From the NCBI GenBank assembly GCA_012026655.1, contig JAAILG010002138.1, positions 1-57,468 on the forward strand: a stretch of DNA of 57,468 bases, given 5' to 3'. How positions within the stretch are numbered: position 1 is the first letter of the stretch; each line of letters begins with the position of its first letter. The position numbers and the translations under genes are program-made. Under the pieces are notes generated by a model that saw nothing but the letters and a program-made list of their open reading frames with translations, made no database searches and was not told the DNA's origin. Source of the stretch: Hydrolagus affinis (lineage: Eukaryota). Shown here piece by piece: positions 12,200 to 23,820 of the stretch.

Positions 12200-13504
12200 T
12201 GTGCTGTCGAAAGATCTGCAACAAGCAACGCAGAAATTCATCTAAATTCATGTTAAATAGATAATGAAAGAGATACAGCTAGTAACAGCGGAACTATTGC
12301 TAAACTGGATATTGCATTTTACAGAAAAAATTCAGTGAACTAAACCCTAGCTATGTACACATTCACCACAACTAGAATACTGAAAGGGGGAGCATTGTAA
12401 TTCATTTCTTTTTGGCAATATACAATGGTGACAATAATTTACAATATTCACAGTTCAATAATTATACATTAACATTTGATTAACCAGTCGAATTCGTAAA
12501 GAGAATGTGTGAATGTGTCAAATTATCATGCCTGATTGACCACTTCAAAGCCATAACTGTATTGCAATTCTGGCACAATCTTATTCAAATGATGAACAAA
12601 GTGGGCTTGATTACCATTGTCAAGCAAGTAGCCACATGGTTGGCAACTTGACAACTGGCATATTTAATGTGGAACAAACAGTTATCAGTTTTAACAAACA
12701 ATTGTTGGGTTGATTTAAACTTGGAATGAACTGTAACAGGACAATTAATAAGAATCCGTAACTCAAGGGTTTGTATATTGCTATATTAATGCTATTGTCT
12801 GAAATGTATGGGAAAAAAAAGTGTTGCTAGGTTTGAAGAAACAGGAGATTCAGGTCACACAATCTATTCATAGAGGCAGAGTTCTAATGCACCTTATGTA
12901 GATAAAGACTTTGATTCAATATTAAGGTCAAATTCTGCACATCCTTGCATAAACAGGGGAAACAAGATTAGAACACAGATCCCTCTGGAGGATTTAAGCA
13001 ACAACTATTTATTATTAAAACATAGACACAGATTTTTTTTAGTAGCAGCCCTGCATGGGTAATGCTGTTCCATATGTACAATACTATAATTAATTAATTT
13101 TGTGCATCCTTTAGCCAATATATTTAATGATAACTCACACCAATATCAGGTGAACAAAGTCAGTGGGATTAGTTTCTCTTACAACTAAATATTGAAAACT
13201 GAAAACTATTAAAAACACAGGAAATGTTATTGGAATATTTAATTGTGTTTCACAAATGAGGTTCTATCACAAGAACATGGATAATATGATTCTGCCTCTG
13301 TGTGAAGATTTGGAGCAATTTAAAGATGTGTTCCTCCTCTTATATGACAAAATGTGTCATATACTGTAAATAAAGGCTGAGCCAGTGCAAAATGACTGGA
13401 GTAGGTAGCTATAGGAGCAATTCAATTAATACCAGTACAGGATGAACAATTGTTGGGTGTGAAACTTTCAGATAAGTTCCACAAAGTCTTGCACTTTTTC
13501 CAAA

Positions 13505-13673
13505 TAAAATTGGTCATTCACTTCATGGATATATGTGGGATATCACTGAGCTCAACTTGACTGCTTCCTTTGCCTACAAATACAGTCAGTACAGTTTACA
13601 GTAAAATGCTGTGAAGCGGTTTAAAACTTTGACAATATAAAAAGTTCCATATAAAATGCTATTATTATTATTA
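13505..13673 (+). mobile_element. Diverged SINE 3' fragment
   Basis: ggtcattcacttcatgga...gtggga...ctgtgaagcggttt...attattattatt. Confidence 0.7.
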
Positions 13674-14944
13674 TTTGGTACCATTATAGGAGAGCAATGA
13701 GAAACTGTTTTCCAAACAGATGTTGGAAGACTTGTGAGTTTTAGTTCCTATGAACAGTAGGAAAAACTTTATTTGGTTTGGCAGAAAGGACCTTCAATTT
13801 TCTCTGGTACCTTTTTGGGTACAAATTAATGTATTCAATTGCTGTTGTATACTCATTTGTTTAACGTCACTTTTTGTTTCATTGGGCAATCTACGAAGCG
13901 ATTATTGTGGGGATAAAAGTCTCATGACTGTACATGTATAAAATACACCATCACTATACTTTACAATACATCCTGTGAAGTATACAACCTGCATGAAATA
14001 CTTATACTGTATTTGATGTGAAGATGTAAGGATTTTTATAATTGGATTAAAAAATGGCATTTCATAACAAATACATTGAACTCGTATTCAACTCAGACCG
14101 CACACTGCACATGGGTTCCACCAGCCACACTGCCCATGCATAAACAAATATGGAGCTTCCATCACTGTGCCATCTATTGTATTGACAGAAGTAGACAGAA
14201 AATAATTTCTGTCAGACACTCACATCGACCAGAAAGATGTGGAGCCAACCGAACATTGTTGGATCAGAAAAGATTACATACTCCCGCCAACGGGGCCAAG
14301 CTTAATTCCAAAATACATTCTAAGAATATTGCCAGCATTAACTGGCTCACTGCCCCTAGAGCTGTGGATTTTGCCAGGCATGCATGAGTTGATATATGAC
14401 CCATGCAATTTTTTGTCCAACTGATTATATGCTGGCACAAGCGTAATTGGCAGCATTGCTGCTTAGGATGCTAATTTTGCCTCTTTGACTTTTGTTTCAT
14501 TTCCATAACTCCTGGTGCTCTAATGTACTGTAAGTTATTCATGAAAATGCAACAAAACAATGCATTTCAAAAGATAAGTCAACAAGGACAGATAGAGAAC
14601 AAGACTGTTTTTTGCTCTGCTGAACAAACGTAAAGCTTTCAGTTGAACATTTGTTCAATGTAGTGTAACGATAATTCCCAAGTGTTTCTATAAAGCTCTC
14701 CTTTGAATACTTTCGGTTGGATTATAAATGAAACCAGGTAAATTACTGGCATTCTTTTCCATTCATGTATTAAGCAGTGGCACCATCTGTCAGCAACAAG
14801 ACTTAAAATCTAATTTTCAGCTATTCATCTCTAGTAACAACTCATATCAAGGTGTGTTATTTTTGCTGCTAATAATTTGTTTTTTCAATGACACCGTTTT
14901 TGGGTGTAATGCTCAATTTTAACACTAACATAACATATCATTAA

Positions 14945-15105
14945 CACCTAGAATCAAGAAGGATAGTTAAGACAAGGATACTGAACTCATCTAAGAAACA
15001 GCTTAATCATGTAATGGGAGGACAGTAAATTGGGTGTTCAGATAAAAACAGGAAATGAAATGGTGAAGGGCCTTCTTCATCTGAACCTCTCATGTGACTT
15101 TGTAA
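14945..15105 (+). mobile_element. Probable CR1 3' end relic
   Basis: aagaaacagcttaat...aatggtgaagggccttcttcatc...atgtgactttgta resembles a CR1 ORF2 end and 3'UTR. Confidence 0.4.
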
Positions 15106-15240
15106 TAATACCTAACAAACAAATCTCAATACTAAATCTATTGCTAAATAATGTAAACACCCAACAAAATAAAAATCAAACTAACTATACTTTATTTGAA
15201 GAATGATAGTAACATAAAAGTAAAGATACTGACCCTACTG

Positions 15241-15345
15241 TAATAATAATAATCTTTGCATTTGATATAGTGCCTTATCACACCTTCGAGACATCTCAAA
15301 GCATTTCACAAAATATACTGTAAGATTAATTGACTGTTAATTGAC
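15241..15345 (-). mobile_element. Young SINE 3' fragment
   Basis: taataataataatctttgcatttgatatagtgcc...atatactgtaag. Confidence 0.85.
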
Positions 15346-15479
15346 TGAAACATGTATAAGAAAATTGTGTCCTGTAGGAGTATTGCAAGGGTCGCAATTG
15401 TTGGAGCTATAAATGATGAACTATATGCTTTCCTCCTTGAAGATTACATAACCTCATTGACTGTTGATCGGACAGTAAC

Positions 15480-15790
15480 AAGATTAATGCAGTGTCCGAG
15501 GCTTCTCTACCACCATTTTATTGAGAATTGTCATGATGCACCAGTCTTGGCCCCATATCATCTTTTTATGTCAGTCAGCAGTGACAAACATTTGCTGGAT
15601 GGCCAAGATTTAGTGATGGATTTTAGTATGTCAAAAAGTCAGGTAAATGATAGTTTTATTTGGCAGTGCCAGACAGATCTTTGAGGTATTGAATAAAACA
15701 ACACTTTCAAGGGATCAACATAAAAATGTATGGTGCATTGATGTAACCTTCAGTGTGCAAGATAAAATGTTATTCACATTAGGTTATAAG
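15480..15790 (+). mobile_element. Highly decayed CR1-like reverse-transcriptase relic
   Basis: PVLAPYHLF~GSVLGP.LF, acatttgctggatggccaaga~KFADDTK, cagacagatctt~Q.DL and aatgttattcacattagg~KC.VIH.G occur in the expected order. Confidence 0.4.
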
Positions 15791-15877
15791 TGGATATCTT
15801 CAAGAAGCAGAGCTAGTGGTTTGCCTACTGGTCCTTAAAAGTAACAGGAAATTGTGGCCTGTGACTTAATTTTTCCA

Positions 15878-16145
15878 GTTACAGCTCGATAGTCCTAAGG
15901 TTCGTTAGTCCGAAAGGTTCATTAGTCCTAAGGTTCGTTAGTCCGAAGCTTCCCATAACCCTAACCCTAACGCTAACCCTAACCCTAAAGATGGAAATGT
16001 TCGGATTAACAAACCTTATTTTCGGACTATCGAGCGGTAACCACGGTAATCGTGCCGGGTATAGGAAATTTGTGTGTTCGGACTATCGAACGTTCGGACT
16101 TTCGAACCTTCGGACTGTCGAACCTTTGGACCGTCGAGTGTCCCC
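15878..16145. mobile_element. Non-autonomous inverted-repeat element with internal telomeric (CCCTAA)n and ~15-bp tandem arrays
   Basis: gttacagctcgatagtcc (15878-15895) is inverted to ggactatcgagcggtaac (16024-16041); arrays of ggttcgttagtccgaa and ttcggactatcgaac; taaccc repeats at 15956-15988. Confidence 0.75.
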
Positions 16146-16159
16146 CATTTTTCCAACTG

Positions 16160-16593
16160 TTTCTACATTGCATCTCTTGGTCCACTTGAAGATCTTGGTC
16201 CTCATCTTTAAAGCTCTCTATGGTCATGCCCATCCCAACCTCTGCAACCTCCTAACCCTCTAACAATCTGTCTGCTCCCTCCGTTCAATGGGTTCCGGCC
16301 TGCTCCATGTCCCCTGACACACCCACCTCACCATTGGCGGGCGAGCCTTTAGCTACTCTGTGCCCAAACTTTTGGAATTCCATCCCACAATCCCTCCACC
16401 TTGCCCCCTCCCTAGCCTCCTTAAGTCCCTCCTTAAGACCCTCCTCTTCGACTATGCCATTGGTCACCCTCCTCCCCTCCCTTCCCTCCACCCTTCCCAA
16501 TCCCGACCCCAGCTCGGGTCCGAAACACTGACTGTTCAGCGACTTGGGACGTCCTCCTGATATGAAAGGCTCTATACAAGTGTAATTTTGTTG
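16160..16593 (+). mobile_element. L2 LINE 3' fragment
   Basis: LKILVLIFKALYGHAHPNLCNLL, FWNSIPQSL and KSLLKTLLFD motifs in ORF-track frames; 3' end gaaaggctctatacaagtgtaattttgttg. Confidence 0.9.
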
Positions 16594-16614
16594 TAATATG
16601 ATTATTATTATTAA

Positions 16615-16815
16615 AACAAAGTCCCATCTGTCTTTTCAGGTGGACGTTAAAGATCCCATGGCACTGTTCAAAAAGAGAAGGGATTTGTTTTAGGCAACAA
16701 ATCCTCAAATAAGATTGATCACTTACTTCATGGCTGTTTGTGGGGCATTGCTGTGCAACAGGCTGCTGCGTTTTTCCCACAGTCAATCCATTTTACAGCA
16801 TTTCCTGTCAAGCAT
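16615..16815 (+). mobile_element. DeuSINE-type fragment
   Basis: gtcccatctgtcttttcaggtggacgttaaagatcccatggcactgttcaaaaagagaaggg is the Deu-domain-like core. Confidence 0.8.
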
Positions 16816-18844
16816 TTATAATAAACCTTGCGTTTTGTATATTATCTAATAATATCATTGAGATGTCTCAAAGCACTTGCTGAAATATATTTATTGTCAA
16901 GCTTTGAGATGTTCCAATGACATTATAGGGTGCTATATCAAATGCAGGGATTTTTTTTAGTATTCTTTCAGTGCCCTTGCTCCTTTATGATCTGGACCTG
17001 TTTTGCATCTGCTTCTTGCCACGTCTTGACCCTATGCAGGAAGGAGCAGCAGTCAATCCCTTCTCACATAGTCACTGGCAGGAGTTCCTCACTCAGGACT
17101 TCTCTCCAGAGCGGTAATTATAAATTGTAACCAGGAGCATCAGGTACTCTGCTCCCCACAGAACAGTTCCATGAAAGATTTGAAATCAATTAAAAATATC
17201 TTAATTTAAACTGATGAACGGAATAATTGAGGAGAATGATTTTATTGGACAAGTCGAGGATGATTACTGTAAATGTTGATGGTAACTGGTTCATACTCAC
17301 ACACGATGACCATAGAATTCAATCAATCACTCTCATTGTGGAAACTGTGCATCACTTTATACGTACTTTGCAGAAGCAATCTAAGGTCCTTTAAAATGAA
17401 ATGATTTCACATTTCAGAGTTTTGTTAAACAAATATGGGCAATTTTAAAAAATGCAAGCTTAAAGGCTTGCACTACAAGATTCATATCTAAAATTATCAG
17501 TAGCATAGGCATTACATTTTCATACTGTGTATATACACAATAAACTTTCAAAGCACACAGAATTCAAGTGCATAACACGCATTTGAATTCTGTAAAGGTG
17601 CATGAAAAAAATCTTGAGCTCAGGTCAATGCCTTTGTGCGCATCAGGGGAATTTCCACTACTGATCAGGAATTCATAATAACCCCAAGAAAAGAAATATT
17701 CTCACTATATAATATTTACTCTCACAAAGATTTTTGTAACTCACTAAAAGATCTCCTCTAAATTGCATGTTAAGAGTATAGCATGATGATGTTCACAACT
17801 TCTTGAAAAATAATCGCAATGCACTGGATATCTGGATCATTCAAAATGACGAAAAGTCATCACTTCAAGAAAAATCCTCAAACTGACGAGTTCAGTAGGA
17901 CCACCAAGACTGGAATTAAGTGTAAGCAAATAATCCATGAGTCCAGGGAAAACTGAGCCCATTCCCCTTGACTGTTTTCATTAGGCTTTCATGTTATTTT
18001 ATGAAGTAATTAAACAAGATTCTCTGTCACAGCAGTTAGAACCAGGACAGCATTTATTTAGCTTCTTATTACTGACAGCTCAGAAGGGATGCTGCGCCAC
18101 TGAGATATTGGATTTTGGATATCATGTTGGTTTATTTGATCATATCAAAATCCAGGTTGCAAAGGCCAAACATAATACTATAGGTTAAAGGTCATTTACT
18201 TCAGAATTTTGGATTGTCAGATTCTGCAAATGCGCTGATATGATTATAGCTGGCATGTTTTGTTGAATATACCATAGAGATATCTACGTATTTATGTTTA
18301 CTGCAGATATTGACAGTAGAAAGTTCCCTTGTTTCCAAAATGCACCATCAAGCTTCCAACTATATTGATTGAAACTGAAGACACATTAGTGCTACTTGCT
18401 ATAGTCTGTTAAGGAATGTAATGCAAAATCCTTGGTTTAAAATACAGCAACAAACAGCTTTATCTTATGGTTCTGTGTCAATATAAAACTATTACAGCTC
18501 ACTTCTACTATTGTCATACAATACTTGATTTATTATTATTATTATTCACTCAATCCATATTCCTTTTTAGCAAAGACTCCATTTACAGTTGCCTCTTCCA
18601 TCTGTCTGTGAAACGTACTGCATTCAATGGTATCAGGTAACCTGGATATTAAACAAAGAATCGAGTTGAAAACTTACCTCTGTGCTGGTAATAATGCAAG
18701 TATAATTTTAGGATTGACTCAATGAAACAGGTACAATAATTTTTATTTTTAAGAGTGACCTGAAAATAAGCATCGCCACTGGGAAAGTTAGTAAACATGT
18801 TCTTATTTAGAACCTAATACATGTCAAAATGCTGCCTACCAGTC

Positions 18845-19005
18845 AACGAAAAGCTGTTATCAACAAAGTTAATCAAATACTGGGTTACACCTCAAGGACA
18901 TTGTATGCTAAGTCAAAATAAATAATTCTAACCACTGCTTTAATCAGTTGTGAGGCTACATTTGGAATTATTTGTCCCATTTTGGGGTACCCTATCTTTG
19001 GATAT
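18845..19005 (+). mobile_element. Old CR1 ORF2 fragment
   Basis: KVNQILGYTSR and VRLHLELFVPFW resemble CR1 KAN..LG.I.R and VRPHLEYCVQFW. Confidence 0.7.
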
Positions 19006-19109
19006 TAAAAGTGTATATTTTTTCCACATTGCAGTTACGTAGAACAGACTCTTAATGAAAATAATTTATGCTACGTTGATGAAGTCCTTTAAAAAGAACT
19101 ATGTTACCA

Positions 19110-19271
19110 ACCTGCCTGCTTCGTACGCTCAGCAGGCCCTAACCTGCTGAACGACATGCCCCCCCCCACCCCCCACCTGCCCATCCGTCCGCAAACCTTT
19201 GATTGCCCAGACATTCTCACAATGTGAAAAGCCCTATATAAATGAAATAGTTGTTGTTGGTGTTGTTGCTG
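19110..19271 (+). mobile_element. L2 LINE 3' fragment, internally deleted
   Basis: cgctcagcagg...acctgct...gtgaaaagccctatataaatgaaatagttgttgttg. Confidence 0.65.
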
Positions 19272-21511
19272 TTACTTGTCACAAAATCTAACTACAAAGT
19301 AGGCTGATGATGCTTCTTTGATTAATGTGCAAATGAACTCTTTAATGTCGTTTCTGAGTTTTAGGAAAACACTGGCAATATTTTTCATTATTTAATTAAT
19401 GTCTATGGACAGATTATAGCCTCATCTATCTCTGAAAAAGCTTACCTTATGAGAGGATTCTGCCATAATGGTACAAATGCAACAAAATCAAACGTAACAT
19501 ACAGCAATACTGTAAAAATATTTTGTTTATCTGTTGCATAAGTGGTCAAACAGACAATGTGCACCTGCATTTACCAGCTGTCAGAATCAGATAGGGTGGC
19601 CATAGGTTTGACCAAGTTTAAATGACCATCCTAGTGAAAAGGCTAGCCCATCACAGACACCAAGATAATGTGAGATGAGAGATGATCTGAAGCATTAAGA
19701 AAAGGATGATTTATGTGCCAGATTTGTTGAGGCATTTTGGAAAAGGACTGCCCACCCAGGAGCAGCTGCTGAATAGAAAAGCAAGGTGTTAGACTGTTGG
19801 ATTTATTATTCTGCTTGACCTCAAGGCTAATTCCTGTGTGCTTATCGAGCCTGTCGCTCTTAATGACGCTGGTATCTGTCTAGTCCTGGAAGATGACCCT
19901 GTGATGTAAGGGCCATGTTGGAATAAATGTAATCAATAATAGTGTAGTATGGTGCTTCTTTGTGGGTCAATAACAGCCGACTAAAGTTCCTGTACCCGAA
20001 ATTCAATTTTCCATATTGTGCAAGTTGCCAAAGTTTGGTGAATAGCAGGAATCTAATTCATTGATCCATGCCTCCAACTAAATGATACAATTTCTTGATT
20101 CATTCAACTTTTGCAAAGCATGCTTCACTTTCTGAATAGTCCAAAAAAGCTAGTGGTCAGCAAACTTCTTTGAAAGATAGTTTGTTGAATGTTAATGGTT
20201 AGTCTTTGTACTGCTAATACATAGAGTTGTGTGTCTTTAGTTGTTCAGTATTCCTCAATCATTGGGATAAATGTAACTCCAACTTTCATGGAAGATGTAA
20301 AAGAACAAAATTAATTCCCTCCGAAAACTGCAGTCGAAATGCCTTGAATGACTGTGAGTCCTCCTCAAAACTGTTCAACCCAAGGAGACCCCACTTACCT
20401 TCTTCTCCCTTTTCCCAATGAGGATAAATGTAGACATAGTGAAACTCTGTGTGGACCCAACAGAATTCAATGCTAGATTCATTTTTTTGTCCCAAGTCCT
20501 GTGCTAGAATTGTCTTAATGTAATGTCTTTCTTAGCCAATGTTTCCTAAATCCCTCTAAGTACTTACTACTTCTTTATAACCTTGCAGTTTCTGGTCCTA
20601 TAATGCCCAACTGAATAGAAACAGCTGAGAATCAATTTTATAATACAGGGCACAATTTTCCAGAGGCTCATGAGAATAGTAAAGTGCCACTGAACATTCT
20701 GTGCTTATTCTGCTTCGAATCTTTATGACATTAAATCAAGCTTGTTAAAAGAAGATACACCTGTGAGATCCCTTCCACAATTGAGTTCAGATTCAAAGCC
20801 ATTATGCAGGTAACCTATGTCACCCTTTAAAACGCTCCTGCATAGAACTGTCTACATTTGCTATAAGAGCCAATGCAATGGTATTGTGGTTTTTTAAGCA
20901 AATAAAGGTTCTTTTACAGTATTTGAAAGCAAAAACTCCCAGTTGACATGGTGATCCATGAAGTAATATGAATTCTTCAGAGTTGAGAGCAAACCATGTG
21001 TCAGAAAACTTGATTCTCAAGGCTTCTGCTATACCACATGCACACCTCTTGATTCACACCATGATGAAGCAATAAAAGATGATGAATATGATCCTTTGAT
21101 GGATTTTTAGCAGGCACAATGTACTGTATAACTTTTTGATCTGAAGAACCCACCAGACACTATTTTTCCTTAAATCTCTAGGGCTTCACCTCTTCCTTCC
21201 ACTGTATGAAATGCATCACAAATATAAAGAATCAGATCATTGAAATATATAATATTCCAGGTCCTAATCCCATGGTGGAAACACAGCCTGTGGTGAAATT
21301 TAGTTCTGCGCTTTTATTATAATCCATTCTATTTTAACTAAAGAGTCTGGCAGTGTTTCCCAGGTTTGATACCTGTTGCTTCTGATTCCTGAAATGGGAA
21401 ATAAGAATGATATAGATTGATATGGCAACAGTTGTGAAGTACTGTACAGCGGTGGGGGGAGCGTCAAAATTGAAGGATCTTTTTCCCAATGATGTGATAA
21501 TAATAATATTA

Positions 21512-21825
21512 CAGTAAAACCTTGATAATCTGACATACCAAAAGCTGGCAACTCCCTAAAACTGTCAAGCTTTCAGAATACAAACAGCATCATTTTTTTT
21601 CCGATGTCCAGCAAATTCCCCAAAATTCAGAACAGCTGCTTGCAGTTCACATTGGCGGCGCTCTATCATCCGACGCTGTGGTTGCTGCTCGGACATAGTT
21701 TGGCTTCAGTGGTGTATGGAGAGGGACTTCCCCAGCCATTTCTAGAGTAGGTTCTAAACACCGGGAAACTCTGAAATCCAGGAGGTGAGTGGGCCCAACC
21801 GTGGCAGATTATCACGGTTTTACTA
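21512..21825. mobile_element. Tc1/mariner/pogo-type MITE inserted in a SINE (TAA)n tail
   Basis: TIRs cagtaaaaccttgataatctg / cagattatcacggttttacta; TA on both sides; taataat continues on both flanks into taatccttacatttgatat. Confidence 0.85.
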
Positions 21826-21885
21826 TAATAATAATCCTTACATTTGATATAAGGCCTTATCACGTCTTTGAGATGTCTCGAAGCA
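21826..21885 (-). mobile_element. SINE 3' end (host of the MITE)
   Basis: taataataatccttacatttgatataaggccttatcacgtctttgagatgtctcgaagc. Confidence 0.8.
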
Positions 21886-21909
21886 GTTAAGGTGTTTGAG
21901 TGGGGCCCT

Positions 21910-22105
21910 GGTTGGGACTTGTTTGAAATTTGAAATTTGTTTGAAATTATGAAAGGATTTGATAAAGTGGATAAGCTATTGCTACTTATTGGTAAATTCA
22001 CAACAAGAAACATGAATATAACATGGTCCCTAGCAGAGTTAAAGAGGACTTGGGAGGAACATCTTTACATGGGTTGGTGAGAATGTGGAACTCACTGCCC
22101 CAAAC
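21910..22105 (+). mobile_element. Old CR1 ORF2 C-terminal fragment
   Basis: FEIMKGFDKVDK and VRMWNSLP resemble CR1 FKIMKGFD.V and VV..WNSLP. Confidence 0.75.
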
Positions 22106-22944
22106 GTCATGTTTCTTTCTAACTATATATACCAAATGTTAAAACAGATCCCTGTGACTTCTCTGAGCAACGGCTATCATTATCACACATTTATGCATCT
22201 CTATACTACTCATGATTCATTCGACTCATGATGCATCAATTCTGTATTCCTGTGGGACTTTCTTTATCTAGTTTCTGTAGATTATGTTAAAATCTACCGA
22301 GCAGCTCCTCCAGCACAGAATGTTTCAAAGCTTGACTTGCTTTCATCCTATATCAATGTGATTTTTTTTAAAGTTGCACACTTATAAGTCATTTTAAAAA
22401 TGCATAAAATTAATCGTAAAGAGCAACTGTAATACATTGTGAAATCAAGTGCGCAACGTATAAGTGAAAAACCCTGTCCCTACCTTGTTTTCAGGTTCGC
22501 TCCATTTGGTTTGCATGGCTGTTATTTATAGACATGACGGTACATCTCTTGCATTGCTTAGAATGATGACCCCATTTTGTCACTTTTATGCAAAGCGTAA
22601 GTATGATGTGCTTGGTGTGAAAATAAATCTCTTGACGTATGGAGCACCGTGTCATCAGCTGAGAAATGTTCTGTCCACTCCCCTGCAGAAGACTCACTGT
22701 ATGCTCTTTCATTTCAACTTTAAGACAGTACATTGTCAGCCAACCTCCAGCAAATGTCAGTGCATTGGTAAATACTGATACTTGTGTTCAATATAGTGCC
22801 TTTTACATCAGGAGGACTTCTCAAAGTGCTTCACATGGTAATACTGCAAAGTGTAGTGACTATTAAATAAGGAAATAGGGTAAGTTATAGCAATAATAAA
22901 AAGGTTGAAGTGATTTTTCATTCGGGTATGCATTTGGTGTCAGA

Positions 22945-23090
22945 GAGTCATAACAAGTTTACAGCCTAGGAGACTCTGCAGCCAATTGTACATCTGTACT
23001 ACTGTTTGCTTCACCACTCGAGATACATACCCCTGCTCTTTTCCCATACCCTTTAATATAATTTTGCCTCATACAATGTGCCCACAATTT
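22945..23090 (-). mobile_element. Probable CR1 3'UTR relic
   Basis: Minus strand gggtatgggaaaagagcagggg...gtctcctaggctgtaaacttgttatgactct. Confidence 0.45.
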
Positions 23091-23374
23091 TTTAGAACTA
23101 GTCACTATATCCTTATCTATCAATAAAATCAATCAACTGACAAATATCCGCTGTATATATAAACACGAGGAACTATTCATCCTATTTTTGGAATTAGATT
23201 CAAAGTGGCACAGAAACAAAATTAATGACTTCATGTAAAACAGTACATTAAAAATTGACATTAAAAATCTGAAATGTGAGATAACTGCCGGTTCCTGTTT
23301 CAGTTTAGTTGTCATATGTCCTTGAGGCAAAGTGACCAATTAAGGCAGTACAGTATATAGATAACTTGATGCTA

Positions 23375-23672
23375 TAATAATAATAATCCTTGCATTTGAT
23401 ATAGTGCTTTTCACATCAACTAGACATTTCACAGAATTCAGAGAATATACTGTCAAGTGAATTGACTACCGTATATTTGTAGGCAAAATGTGACAGCCAA
23501 TTGTGCACATCAGTATACCACAAACAGTCATGGATTGAGTACCAAATTATTATTATTTTTTCTTGAAGGATTATTATTAAGCAAGTAGAGTAAGGAAACC
23601 TGTCTGCTGGGAATCAAACTCAAGTCTCTCGCTTGCGAAGCGAGTGCTCTAACCACTGAGCTACAGTACTCC
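23375..23672 (-). mobile_element. Young SINE, near full length
   Basis: A box TAGCTCAGTGG, degenerate B box GTTTGATTCC, family body and (ATT)n tail. Confidence 0.92.
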
Positions 23673-23820
23673 ACATAATCTGCTATAATCTGCATGTTTA
23701 TAAGGAGAACCTCAATATACAATGGTTACCTTATGTACAATCGTGTATTAGAATTGTATTAGAATTGTCAAGCACTTTGGCACATCCTCCTATTATGAAA
23801 AGCGTTGTATTTATGAAATT

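Noticed and set aside
15878-16145. CRISPR array or true telomere
   Set aside because: Units abut without unique spacers, there are no cas genes and the context is vertebrate; only about five TAACCC units, embedded in an inverted-repeat element.
17783-17886. C/D box snoRNA (ATGATGA ... CTGA)
   Set aside because: No terminal stem and no recognisable rRNA guide; such motifs occur by chance.
22495-22596. Plus-strand exon (ttttcag| ... |gtaagt)
   Set aside because: One frame is open, but the peptide is unrecognised and I found no supporting neighbouring exons.
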